From the NCBI RefSeq assembly GCF_000181795.1, contig NW_003526941.1, forward strand, positions 1,591,469-1,655,468: a DNA stretch of 64,000 bases. Direction: 5' to 3'. Below are positions 47,843 through 59,671 of the stretch, piece by piece (positions within the stretch are counted from its first letter, which is position 1; each line of letters begins with the position of its first letter). The notes under the pieces are model-generated. The model was not told where the DNA came from. It did no database searches and saw only the letters and a program-made list of their open reading frames with translations. Both the position numbers and the translations under genes were made by a program. Source of the DNA: Trichinella spiralis. Taxonomy: Eukaryota.

Positions 47843-49973
47843 TTGAAAGAAACAATTAAACAATTCGTAAAAACCAACAGCATCGCTGTGACGTTGCTTC
47901 TGACTGCATGCATGCACGCATTTCGTCTCATGTTGTGCGCCAAAATAGCGTGTAACACAAAAATACATGAAGTTCAATTGAACAAAAAGAAAAAAATAAT
48001 TCAAAAATTCTTTTCTCGCAAATGCATTGGATAAATGACAACAATAAATGCTTCTTTGCTTTTGCTTTTTCAACAGATTATTATTAATTATTCATTTCTA
48101 GACCAATGTACTTTGTCACTTTCAACCGCTTCAACCCTGTTTGCATGCATTGCAAATGCACATTTGAAATTAAAGAAATACGAACAATATAAATATAGAA
48201 GAAACAAACAAGCCAATTTAAAGAAAATGCCCAACTATATTGTTGTCGTATTTTAACCAAAGCTCGCTAAAATGCAATTCATTTGTAAGCTCAACAAATC
48301 AACCGACTTGCGTATTATTATTTTAAAGTTCCACTTTGATAATGTTGTGTAAATTGATTTGAAAAAAAAAATCAATCCCTTCAATATTTTTCTCACCAAT
48401 AATACGTCTCGCCAAAAATATATGTGTGAAACAAACTTTCAGCTTTCTACTTTGTTTGTGCATTATGTGAAAAATTTTAAGAAAAATGAAATTCGAATTA
48501 TTAAGTTGCTAAAGTAAGCAAAGTAATACTGGTGCCTATACATCCGCCGCAAAGCGAACTTGGTGGAATCACTAAGCACCGCTTTAAACAAACAACACAT
48601 AAAGCACTCAATACTATAGCATAGCTTTTATAATTTTCAAAAGAAAAAAAGCCAAAGGGATTATATATTTCAAAGCACGCTGAACATTTCTGCACGCGCA
48701 TTATTCAAAAGTGACAATGTTGTTGCTGCTTTTGGTACAGAAGAAATTGATCATTAAAAAAATCAAATAATGTCATGCTTCGAGAGCTTCCAAATGCAGG
48801 TAGCAATTAGTGAACGTGAGTTGTGTATCCAAAGTTTCAACAAAGCCAATAAAAGCAACTACGGCTTAATATTACTTCAGATCGACGCGAGACGACACAA
48901 TAATTAATGCAAGCCTAATAATAATCTGTTCACAACAGGAAACAATGCTCCAAAGATGATGAAAATGAAACTGCACTAATGACTCATGCTGAACACAGAC
49001 GAAAGTCCACCTTTTCAAGATGGACATTTTCAATAATAGTAATAATGACGATGATGAATTATGATCAAAAATTTCCTTCTTCCCCAACAACATCAAGCTT
49101 ACTGAAAAATTGATCGCATTCATACAAAATGATGCTACAAAATAAATTGCGCAAAAAATTAAATTATAAAAAATTGAAAATTTTTATAATTGGACTTTTC
49201 TTTCTTTGCAATTGTTGAATAAATTAAAAAATTTCAATAATATTCAACGGTTTGCTCATTCGTCAGTGCAAAGATTATATTCGACGTTCATTCGAAATTG
49301 AAAAATCAACGCCGTGAATCGCCAAATTTTTGACAAGTGCATATTTATTCATTGCAGAGACAACAAGCAGCATTATCACTGTCAAATCAACTATTAGAAT
49401 TAATCAACTTAATTTAACTTAATTGCCGTGTAATTGAATAGAACATCAATAAAGTTCAAAACTTGTGAAACGTCTTTTGTTTTCGCTGAACAAATGGTGC
49501 ATTCGCCTTTCGTGAGCAAGTAAATCAAAAATTGAATAAAAATGTCTAATTAAACATGCGTTGCAATAAATAAAATTGTCCATTACTTCAATATTATTAT
49601 TATTATTATTATTATCATCATCAAGTATATGCTTTTCAAGATAAATCAATTATACGTGTACCAATTCAATAAGCGTTACATGATGTTCAAGTGCTTCAAA
49701 CAATATTATGAATTTTACAGTAATATAATAAACAAATTTGCTACTGTTGCTATTAGTATTACTACTACTACTAATAATAATAATAATGAATGCACAAAAA
49801 ATAAAAATGAAAATAAAATAAAACCAAAACCCCTGTCACTTATAAAAATAGCTTGTCTCCTCTTCGTTCACCAAATATTGAAATATGCAAAATACAAAAA
49901 ACATCAAAGTAATAATGTATTACATAAAATAAAGGAAACAACATTACAGAAAATAAGATGAAGTAAAATTTAC

Positions 49974-50005
49974 CTCATCGTTGCACAGCAGTGATTTTCG
50001 AAGCG
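49974..50005 (-). CDS. Possible PDE4 5' micro-exon (32 nt, RFENHCCATM-S)
   Basis: AACAG acceptor and AG|GTAAAT donor; phase 0 in, phase 2 out, compatible with exon 40989. Confidence 0.3.
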
Positions 50006-52258
50006 CTGTTTCGAAACGAAACAATGAGCGAAGCAGTAATAATATGTATAATGAGAAATGAAGTAGTTGCCGTGCAAAAAGAAGAAACGTGCACGGAGCG
50101 ACGTCCAAGTTTAATTAAAACTGAAAAACCGATGCCTTGTTATGTCGAGTCTACACTAGCGCCTACAGCATTTTCTTATGCTCAGAAATCACCGCCTGCA
50201 GAAAAAGTCCCCATTTTGCTATATACACCATTCAGATTTCTTTGCTCGACATCCCCGAACATGCTTTTCACCAACATTTGAGTCGGTATTATTTTTTCCT
50301 CTTCCTTCTTCTCTTTTTTTGCTTTACACTATTTCTGATTGCGTCAACTTTTCAAACGCGCACTGACAACTTTTGCTTCAAAAAATCCAAATTATACTCT
50401 AACCTAAAACTCATACACTATTCTGTGTATTCTTAATCATTTATCTGATATTGTTCAAAGCACAACGTTTTGTAGACAAGATATTTCAACTGAATGTTTT
50501 AACACACACACACACATATATATATATATGAAAGGTGCTGTTTGGAAAATAACGTTCAGTGTGTCGAGATGGGATAAGAAACGGAAATTCAATGCAAAGA
50601 AGCCATCGAGTGAATGTATCAGAAGAAAACTTTGATTTTCTCTCAAGTAATTAAATTCGCTTTCATCATCGAATAAATCTCAGTTTTCTTGTTCAACTGT
50701 GCACAGCAAAAGAATTTCTTACTGTACACCGTTGATAAGGCATTGTTCGATGCGTTTTGAAGCATAATTAAAATAGTCAACGTAACGCACGTAAACATAA
50801 AGAAAAAATTTTTCCATTATGAATTATGAAAAGAAAGAATTGCAATGTCGACAATGAAAAATTGAAAAAACATTTGTTCGCATTCAGCTGGTTTTCTCGG
50901 ATTAGCACAAAAATGAAAGCTGTCAACTATGCTTCATTTGTGAACAATTTTTGTTCCAAAATTTTGTTTCCTCTTCCATTCCTCATTCTTTCACGTTTTC
51001 ATTTCAACCTGATAGTAGATCAATTAATTTTCAAACGTTGTTCAAAATTGGAACCTCATCCAGCATGCTAACCAACGACACATTTAACAATCAATCACAG
51101 TAAGAGAAATAGCATCGAAACACAAACACGCACGTAAAAAGGTAGCATTGTAAACTGGGAACAAGCAATTCGTCCTTACAATGAAACTGATCAAACAAAA
51201 CGTTAAAAAAACTGCTCAATGTGATGAAAATACGTTCTGTGCACTGTTTGTCATTACCATCTTGTAAATAAATAAATCAACCTGTAAATGCTATATTGTT
51301 ACTCATATATACTTATTTTTGAAGTTTAAGCTGATAATTTTGAAATGAAAATACAATATTGAAAAATAAACTTAAATAAAACCTTTCGCACATTTCTGAA
51401 AACAAAACTAGCTAGTGGTGTATTTCTTTGAAATCAGAAACCCGCATGCAGCTGCATAAACATCGCTACTATGTTCAAGTAATAAATAAGTACATCTTTA
51501 TAAAAACTAAATCATCCAAAAATTCCACTCCAATATCATCAGCAATATTTATCCAATTTATTTATTCATTTTTCCACGTCACCATTGAATAATGAAATAA
51601 TGACTTGTCAACACTTGTGAAAAACGAACGTCTACTGTGAACAACAACACACTGCAGCTATAAATTTATGATAAATCATCACTTGCTAAAGATGAAATCA
51701 ATCAATGTCAAAAATATCAATCTTCGATATCAAATCAATCTTCATAAATGTGTATAGATTTTTAAATGTTCTTCGTTGTGAAACATTTGACACAAATATG
51801 CGTCGTTACTTTCTCATTTCGCATACTACTAACTCATACAATTCGACTTGCATTATACAAAGGCAAATGCAGCAACAAAATGAAAATATTATTATATTTT
51901 CATCTTATTATTAATATACAAGATTTAGAATGGAAAATCTGTATAAAATGAGAAAAAAGTTTCTTGAAATTAACAACTTGTGTATAATTTGCACAATACC
52001 TCTGTAATTCAATTCGCTCATTTGTACATACATTTGAAGCAAAAAATTGCCAAAATAGGATACAAATTACAATGTCAGAGATAATTTCCTATCCTTAATC
52101 ATTTCACTACGAAGGTGAAAGAAAAATTACAAAAAAAGAACAAAAACTGTATTCTGTTTTTCATGTTCACTTTGTCAAGAAAAAATTTATCAGAAATTTA
52201 CATATTACAAAAATAATAAAATAGAAGAAGAAAAGAAATGAAAGAAATGAACACGTAC

Positions 52259-52320
52259 CAAACCGTCCGCCGACGGCGGTGAAGTGGTTCTGGAACAATG
52301 TACTTAAAAAATGAAGACAT
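52259..52320 (-). CDS. pde-4: PDE4 alternative first exon (long isoform)
   Basis: AAAATG start; MSSFFKYIVPEPLHRRRRTV then TG|GTACGT (phase 2), giving RRRRTVCFDV. Confidence 0.7.
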
Positions 52321-52564
52321 TTTAAAATGTGTGTACAGGAGGATGAGGAGCAGGAGGAGCAGCAGCTTCGACTAAACCAACTCAACTTGCATAGCAAAAT
52401 AAAGCTTTCAAATCAAGCGAGCACGCTTTAACCAGATGCAATAAATACAAACAAATATCTTATGCACAGCTTCAAAATTCGCAAACTCATATATCTTTTG
52501 ATGCTTTCTATTTCCCTTTTCTTCTTCCACTCACTCTCTCATTCTATCGGTTCACCGCTCTACC

Positions 52565-52576
52565 GTTGACGTCAAC
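52565..52576. promoter_or_regulatory. CRE within the 12-bp palindrome GTTGACGTCAAC, ~250 bp upstream of PDE4 exon 52320
   Basis: Exact TGACGTCA at 52567-52574. Confidence 0.55.
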
Positions 52577-52832
52577 ACACCTACGGAAAGTGAATGGCAT
52601 GCGCATTTAATCTTTGCTTCCCTCTTCCCCCTGCATTCAGCTTTCTCTACACTCGCTTTCATTACAAGGTGACATACAATTTAAGCACATTCTTCACAAT
52701 TATACATACATTCTGTTTCCCAATACGTACAATAACATACCACAGCAAGCAACCGCGTCCATCTCACCCCAATATATGTGTTGCTAATTGTAAAATAATC
52801 CCTTGCAACTGCTGTTGCACTGAACAACATTA

Positions 52833-52858
52833 TGTGTGTGTGTGTGTGTGTGTGTGTG
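52833..52858. repeat. (TG)n microsatellite
   Basis: Direct reading. Confidence 0.95.
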
Positions 52859-54648
52859 AACAATTGAACCCGTGTGTTGGAAAACAGCTAATTATTTTTT
52901 TATTCCATTTCTTAGGTGAAGTTGAAATGGAAAAAAAACCACTGTGCTCAGAGATACAAATTTGAAGTTCGTTGATATTAAAATTATTCAATAAAATTGC
53001 ATAAAGCAAATTATGAAATTTGCCAACAACTGCGACTGACAAGCTCAGGAAACTCGAGCAAAATTAGATAAAATCACTACGTATATTTTGAAGATCATCT
53101 ACGAGACAACCTTTCCAATAAGATAAAGTATAACTTTTCAAATAAACAACAACAACAATTTGAGAAAAAAAATAACACAAAAAATGCTTGCATACTTCAA
53201 GAAAGAAAAATGAAAACAATTCTAGCAAGCGCAATGCGATGGATATGAAATGCATCGTTTGAAAGGGCCCAAAAAAAAGGCAACCCAGCAGCCAATGACG
53301 ATGCGCTTGTTTTTGAATTCGTCGTCAATTCCTCTAGGTTGTGCAAATTCCTCCCCAACTGGAAGGTATACAGAGCGGAATTCCTGAGACGCCGCCGCGG
53401 TTTCAACAATTTATCACACGATAAGAAATGTCAATAAAAATTTGTCCACCTTTCAATTTGTACACATCCGACTGTCGTTTCTCTCACACAACCACCCCTG
53501 TTTGATGATTCATTTGAATCTTTGGATATTTTTCAAAAAGTGAAATAAAATAAAATCACATGCCAAAACTATAAGCAAAATAATACAATTTTATAAAGAA
53601 GCATAAGAATACCATCCACTTGCCATTTTGCTCATTAAAATACCCTCCATCACTCCCTTTTATTTGTGGGAAAATTAATTACCAAAATAATACCACTTAT
53701 AAAATTCTATTTTAGTAAAACATTAAGTTTTACTTTCAATTTTTAATTGTTCATCAATTTGATCATTTTTCAAAATAAAACACAACCGTGAGTGAAATTA
53801 TTCTGAGCAAAAAGAAAAAAAACCGGTCAATGAATTTTCGGCCTTAAACTACTGTAAATAGAACTATTGATGCGCAAGTTCGTCGGTTGTTTTCACTTCG
53901 GTAAGAGGTAAATTTTGCATTGCGTTGCGTTGCGTTCAAAAGCAATTAATAATTTATACATTGGTCGTGAAGGAACAAGAAAATAATGAAATTGAAAATG
54001 CCACTGATTAATTGAACTGCTTTAGGTACAGGGGAAAAGTTGGCTCGAAAAACTCTGTGTAAAAATGTCGTTCAGCAGAACTGGCTACAAGTCGTAAAAT
54101 TGATTCAGTTCTCTCTGCAGTTCAACATCAAATCAAGTAATAACCGAAATCAAAGTGAACAGCCGCTTTAAAACAAGTCTCACAACAATAGGACATTTTT
54201 AAAAAATGTATATTTCTTTTTTCAAGAGAAAATGGTCGAAAATAATATGCGCGTGACTACTGCAAGCATGCTCGTATCACTTATTCAGACTTAGCATATT
54301 CACATTAGAGTGTAAATATTGATGAATTGCGACAGTGATCTGTTGAATTTCAATTAAACAAAAAGGCACAAAGTTCTGAACTTGAAAGTATTGTCATTGG
54401 AAGATTGGAAATGGTTAGTCGCAAAATTTGACAAGAAAACACAATAAAGAAACACATCAAAGCAATATTGACAATACTGTCAGAATTGGAAAAAGAAATA
54501 TCCAGTTGGCCAATGAAAATGTCTGCATATAAATTGAATTGATAAGCAGAAAAGAAGAAGAAGAAGAAGAAGAAGAAATTCACCATTGCCAATTTTTAAA
54601 ATATTAATATTTGAATAGAAAGCAAATGAATAAATAATATTTTCTTAC

Positions 54649-54734
54649 CTGTATGCTTTGCGTTCTTTCCAATTGTGACGCGTTCTGTTCCAAATTGCAA
54701 ACGGAAACTGTCGACGGCCTGTCTCTTCGTTCAT
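54649..54734 (-). CDS. Probable distal 5' exon of PDE4 (86 nt; reading frame ambiguous)
   Basis: Strong GTGTTTCAG acceptor and CAG|GTAAGA donor. Open as MNEETGRRQF...KAY (phase 0 to 2) or DERRDRPSTVSVCNLEQ...SIQ (phase 1 to 0). Confidence 0.5.
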
Positions 54735-56156
54735 CTGAAACACAGAAAAATTATTTTACATCAAATCACATGTGAACAACGTATATAATAAATAAATAAA
54801 TAAATAAACAAATTTATGAAAGATTTTTTGTAAAAGTTATATTCATGATCAACAACACCAACAAAAATAACAAAAAGAAGAAGATAATGATGATGACAAA
54901 GAAGAAAAGAAAAGGCTAATCCATCCATCCATCCATCCATTTGAAAAGCTAACAAAGAATTATACAGATTGAATTAAACAAAGTCAAAGGGGAAAAGTGC
55001 AAGCAGATTGTGTGCGTCTGTGATGCTTGTGGTGGTGGTGGTGGTGATCAAGATGTCGATCGTCGGCATCCTTTTCTCTCGTCGTTGCCGCGCAAAGCAA
55101 CGACCAACAACACACGAGCAAGCAACGTATGGTGAAATCAAATAAAACAGCTAATTAAATTTGGTCATCAGCTGAACATAGTCGATACTTTCACAACAAT
55201 TTCCAAAATGCAGAATGCTTTCTTGTCTTTTTACAATTTTCAAAAAAAATTCAACAAAAATTTCAGAAAACGCAATTTGTACAATTGCACACTTCGTAAA
55301 TCGAATGAATGCACAGTTTCACTACTGTATTTGCTGGATCTACAATCATACTGACAACAAAATGATAATTAATAACATCTCAACTAGTGAAAATATTTCA
55401 ACTGCATATTTTTCCCGCAAACATATTAAACCATACTGTGTGTAATTGTCAGATAGTGCTTTCTTTGTTATTAAAACAACAAATTCAATTCTTCGTATAA
55501 AAAGCTTCTTTTCACGTAATAAGATTATGCGACCCACGCTTAAATTGATATGTATGAAAAACATTATTTATTTTTCTTTTGTTTAATCTTAATTTTCCTC
55601 TCGATCCGCAAATCTGAGGTCGGTTGGAAATATCAAATGGAAAATACAAATTACAGAAGAGAAAAAAAAATAAATTTACACGATCGCTGTTCATCTCATG
55701 CAAAAGTCGAATTCTGTATTATCGGTATATATTAATGTAATTTTTCGATAATTTTATGCAGAACTGCTGCTGGTGAAATTAGTGTGCAAAACAGATTGAT
55801 CTGAAAGAAGGAGCAAAAGAAAAAATCAAACATTCTCAAAGTCGGTGCCTGGGGTTACATTGGAAAATTCACTTCCCAAGTTGATCAATTATACTTCACA
55901 TATTAATAAGTCAATTAGACTTTCTTTCGTCTATGGATAAAATAAATTATGAAAAATAAAATAATAATAATAATAATAATTTCTTCTTCCTCTTCTATTG
56001 ATAATTAACACTGTATTTCAAAAAAATTATTCAAATTTCCACTTGAAGTTTACGAAAGCAGTTGAAAATTAAAAAAAAACATCAGAATCTGCATCATCAA
56101 GTTGATTATTAAAATATATGTATATATATTATTTTTTAAAAAAGAAAAAAACTGAC

Positions 56157-56189
56157 CTCCGTTTTACGTTCACCACGGCGGTTGGCCAT
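56157..56189 (-). CDS. Possible distal first exon of PDE4 (MANRRGERKTE)
   Basis: AAAATGG start and GAG|GTCAGT donor, phase 0. Confidence 0.4.
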
Positions 56190-56336
56190 TTTGAAAGAAA
56201 AAAGAATTGGAAAAAATTAAAATTTTCAAATGAGGTAAAATGCAAAATAGCAAAAAAAAAGTAAATTTACACGCCAATTGGCCAGTCCAATTCGTTCTTC
56301 TCAACTACATCGTATATAATTCATCATTCAACAAAA

Positions 56337-56344
56337 TGACGTCA
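56337..56344. promoter_or_regulatory. Full CRE palindrome TGACGTCA ~150 bp upstream of ATG 56189
   Basis: Exact match; function inferred. Confidence 0.5.
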
Positions 56345-59300
56345 GCCACTCTTTCTTTGAACATATATACTATACAACTACTGAGAAAAAGTTGGTAAAA
56401 GTGAATGTGAATAATAATTTTCAAACAACAAGAGATAAAATTAACAACATCGAAGATAATTTTCAAAAAGTAATATAAATATGAATAAATAATAATAAAT
56501 GATCATGCAACCAACACATAATTATTCTGATAAATTTGAAGATGTTTCTTCAAACAAGCCTCTTCTCTGTCTCTCTCTCTCTCTCTCTTTGAATTTTTTC
56601 ATTCGTTGATAACACTTTAACGATCGCATGTTGACAATCAGGAGGACAATTTGTAATTGAGAGAGAATGCAAGAATAGTGTAATGTGAAATGCTTGTAAT
56701 AAAAGCATGCTCGATGCACAAAAATAAAATTGGTCAAAAACTTGCTTGCAAGACATTCGAAAAACTTTTCTTTCATATAGCATTAACCTCTGCTCCTGTA
56801 TGCATGCGCCCATTTCTTCAATCACCAACTTGATTACTACTGATGAAACTGAATAAAAGAAAAGCAATTCTCCTGCCTCGTATTCAAAGCAACAACATGT
56901 AGATAATTAATTTCTTTAAAACGAATTAAAAGAAAGAAGAAGAATACAAAAAAAACATTTTAAAAGGAACTTAATAATTACTGGTGATAAATTGCAGTTC
57001 TGATTAGGTTCGGTCGGCTGGCGAAAGGCGGCCATTCTCTGGGCTTAAGAGTCGATAAAAATGGCTTTGCCGCGCAACATGGCAAGCAAAAATAGCTTAA
57101 ACAAGCATCGGAATAAACAATATTCACCGCTATCACTGACCGCAATGGCAGCAGCTCAGCTGTCGCCACTTTGTCTGTTGTTCAGAAAACAGAAATGCAA
57201 AACCACCCACGGGGATTCAAGCACAAATAAATCTTTTCCTTGTTCATCTATCAATTTTGCATAAATACATACATACATACATACATATATATATATACAT
57301 ATATATCATATTAACACTTTTCAAGCTGTCAATTGCTTTTGCTTTTTGCTTTAGGAGCATCATTATTTGAAACATTTGAAATACGATAATCGACATTGTT
57401 CAAAGTTGTCAACTGCTTGTGTTCACTGATCTGCTTGATGTTCTAATTGAAAAATGAATTATGAAAATATATTTACAAAAAAATGAAGAAGAAAAGTTAT
57501 TGTCTTTGCTTTTGAACCACAAAATTGCGCAACAAGCTGAAATCTATTATCTGCAGCAGCAGCAGCATAACATTAAAAAAATCGAACATGCTTAAACGCG
57601 GTGCCGGTTACGCGGACGTCAACGAGAAAAGGATTTAAAGCATTTAATCGCAATTTGCTAACCGCACGCGCCTTTGAAAGCTTTCGGTCGATTCGATTAA
57701 ACTGATGCGTTTCACTTCTCCAATGTGATGCAATTTCTTCCAGTCCATCTCAGGCTAACGACAACAACAACAACCAAATGTGCATTTCAATTGCCAAATT
57801 CCAAATGCACCCTCACCACTGTCACTTGATTCAAGCAATCCCTTTACGCTCATAAATAAAACTGAACTGCCAGTTTCACTCTTTGCCGCTCCCTTTTTTT
57901 CAAAGACTTTAAAATGAAACAAACCAAATTTGAAATCTACAGCAATTTCAAATTCAAATCATGCTTCACATCTTCGAAACTTTTCCATTTTGCTTCAATT
58001 GCAATAATGAAATGAAGAACTGAACACATAAATTATTCAAATTCAAATCAAATGTTCTTCGGTTCCTCCTTTTTACATTACTTTTAATGAACATAAGATT
58101 GTCCGATCAATTTTTTCTGATTGATATAGTATTCATTTTTTCATACTTGAAAATTATTCACCACCGAACGCGCAATTGAAAATCCTACGATGAATACCTG
58201 TACATGAACAAGAAAACTAGAACAAACTTGGCGCCAATTTTCAAATTAATTACAAAACCGGTTTCTTCGACCGATTTCAAACTGACCAAATGCGAATACT
58301 TTTTTTCATATTTTGAAATTTGAAATACATTTTACAAAACCCTTTGTAATAAAATCGATTCAAATAAAATGTATTGTTAGTTCATGGAAAACTAACGTTC
58401 AAAATCAACAAATTTTTTTCAAACTTACCCATCGCTGAAAACATTGCTCAACCGAAGGTAGATTTGAATGATTTCGATTCGAACTGAAGTTGACGCCACA
58501 AACATTCATTCGACGAACAATTCAACGCCAACATTCATTACCACACAAAACTGTAAAAGAACACGAACAATCTAAAAAATATAAATCAACAATCAATCGA
58601 TCTTTGATTCTGATTTTCAAATTAAAGCGCATTTGCATAAATTTGAAATACCAAACAATGCTTTGACAGATCAAAGATCATTGCATTGAATGGTACAATT
58701 TGAAATTTGCGCTTGTTTGCAATTGAACCTACTTTGAAATTTTCAACACCGCACGCACACACCACTCGTTCGCGCGCCAAAAATGACATTTCACACACAT
58801 ACCGTACAAGTAAAAGATTTGCAGGTTTTTATCGGTTGACTTACTGTAGAAAATAAATTACTCGTCGACAGCTTCGGGCTAGTCTCAAATCACAGTTTCA
58901 TGGAAACTTATTCCTTTTCAACTAACAATATTTATGTATTGTTTTTCGCAGGAGATGTTTTTTGATTGATCGAAAAAAAATTTTTCATTAAAATTAATTT
59001 ATTTGAAAACAATAGATTTTCAAATTTACAATATAAAAGTACAATAAAAAAACAATGCTTTTTTAAAATTCAGAATGAAGTTTTATTTTCGGAATAATTT
59101 TCTGACAAATAATAGCTCCTGCAATGTATTCTGTATGAAACGGCAGCGCGACCGCACTGGTGGCGCAATGAAAATAAAATTGCATGAAAAAAAACTGACA
59201 GAAAAGAATCAAACGTAAAAAAGAAACGTTTTTTAACGATAGAGAAAAATGGAAAAAAAACAACAACAACATTAAACTAAGAAGAAGCATTAGAATCAAC

Positions 59301-59671
59301 GTGCAGGAATAAAAGAAAGAATGAATGGATGTTTTTGGGGAAAAAATCCTGACATGCATGACGAGGGATAAAAAAGTAAGAAAATGTAACAAACTTCAAT
59401 GTTCAGGGCACTCAGTCCATCACCGTAATAAGGCTAGCAGAAAGGCGCGAGGTTGTCGTAGTGGTTTAAAAATGAGAAACAGACCATTTTGAGGTAAAAG
59501 GAAGGTTTCCGTTTACAGCTCTGTTGTTACGGTTTGCTGCTGCTACGGTTATTTATTTGGGGATGTCTCCTTTGCATAGAAATATGAGGAGAATGAAGAG
59601 GAATTTAAAAAAAAAGAAATTAATGATAATAATAAGAAGAAGAATAAATAAGAATAAGTAGTAGAATTCGA

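Noticed and set aside
57000..57090. Hammerhead-like CTGATTA...GAAA with flanking stems
   Set aside because: The core needs CUGANGA; G8 is missing and stem II does not pair cleanly.
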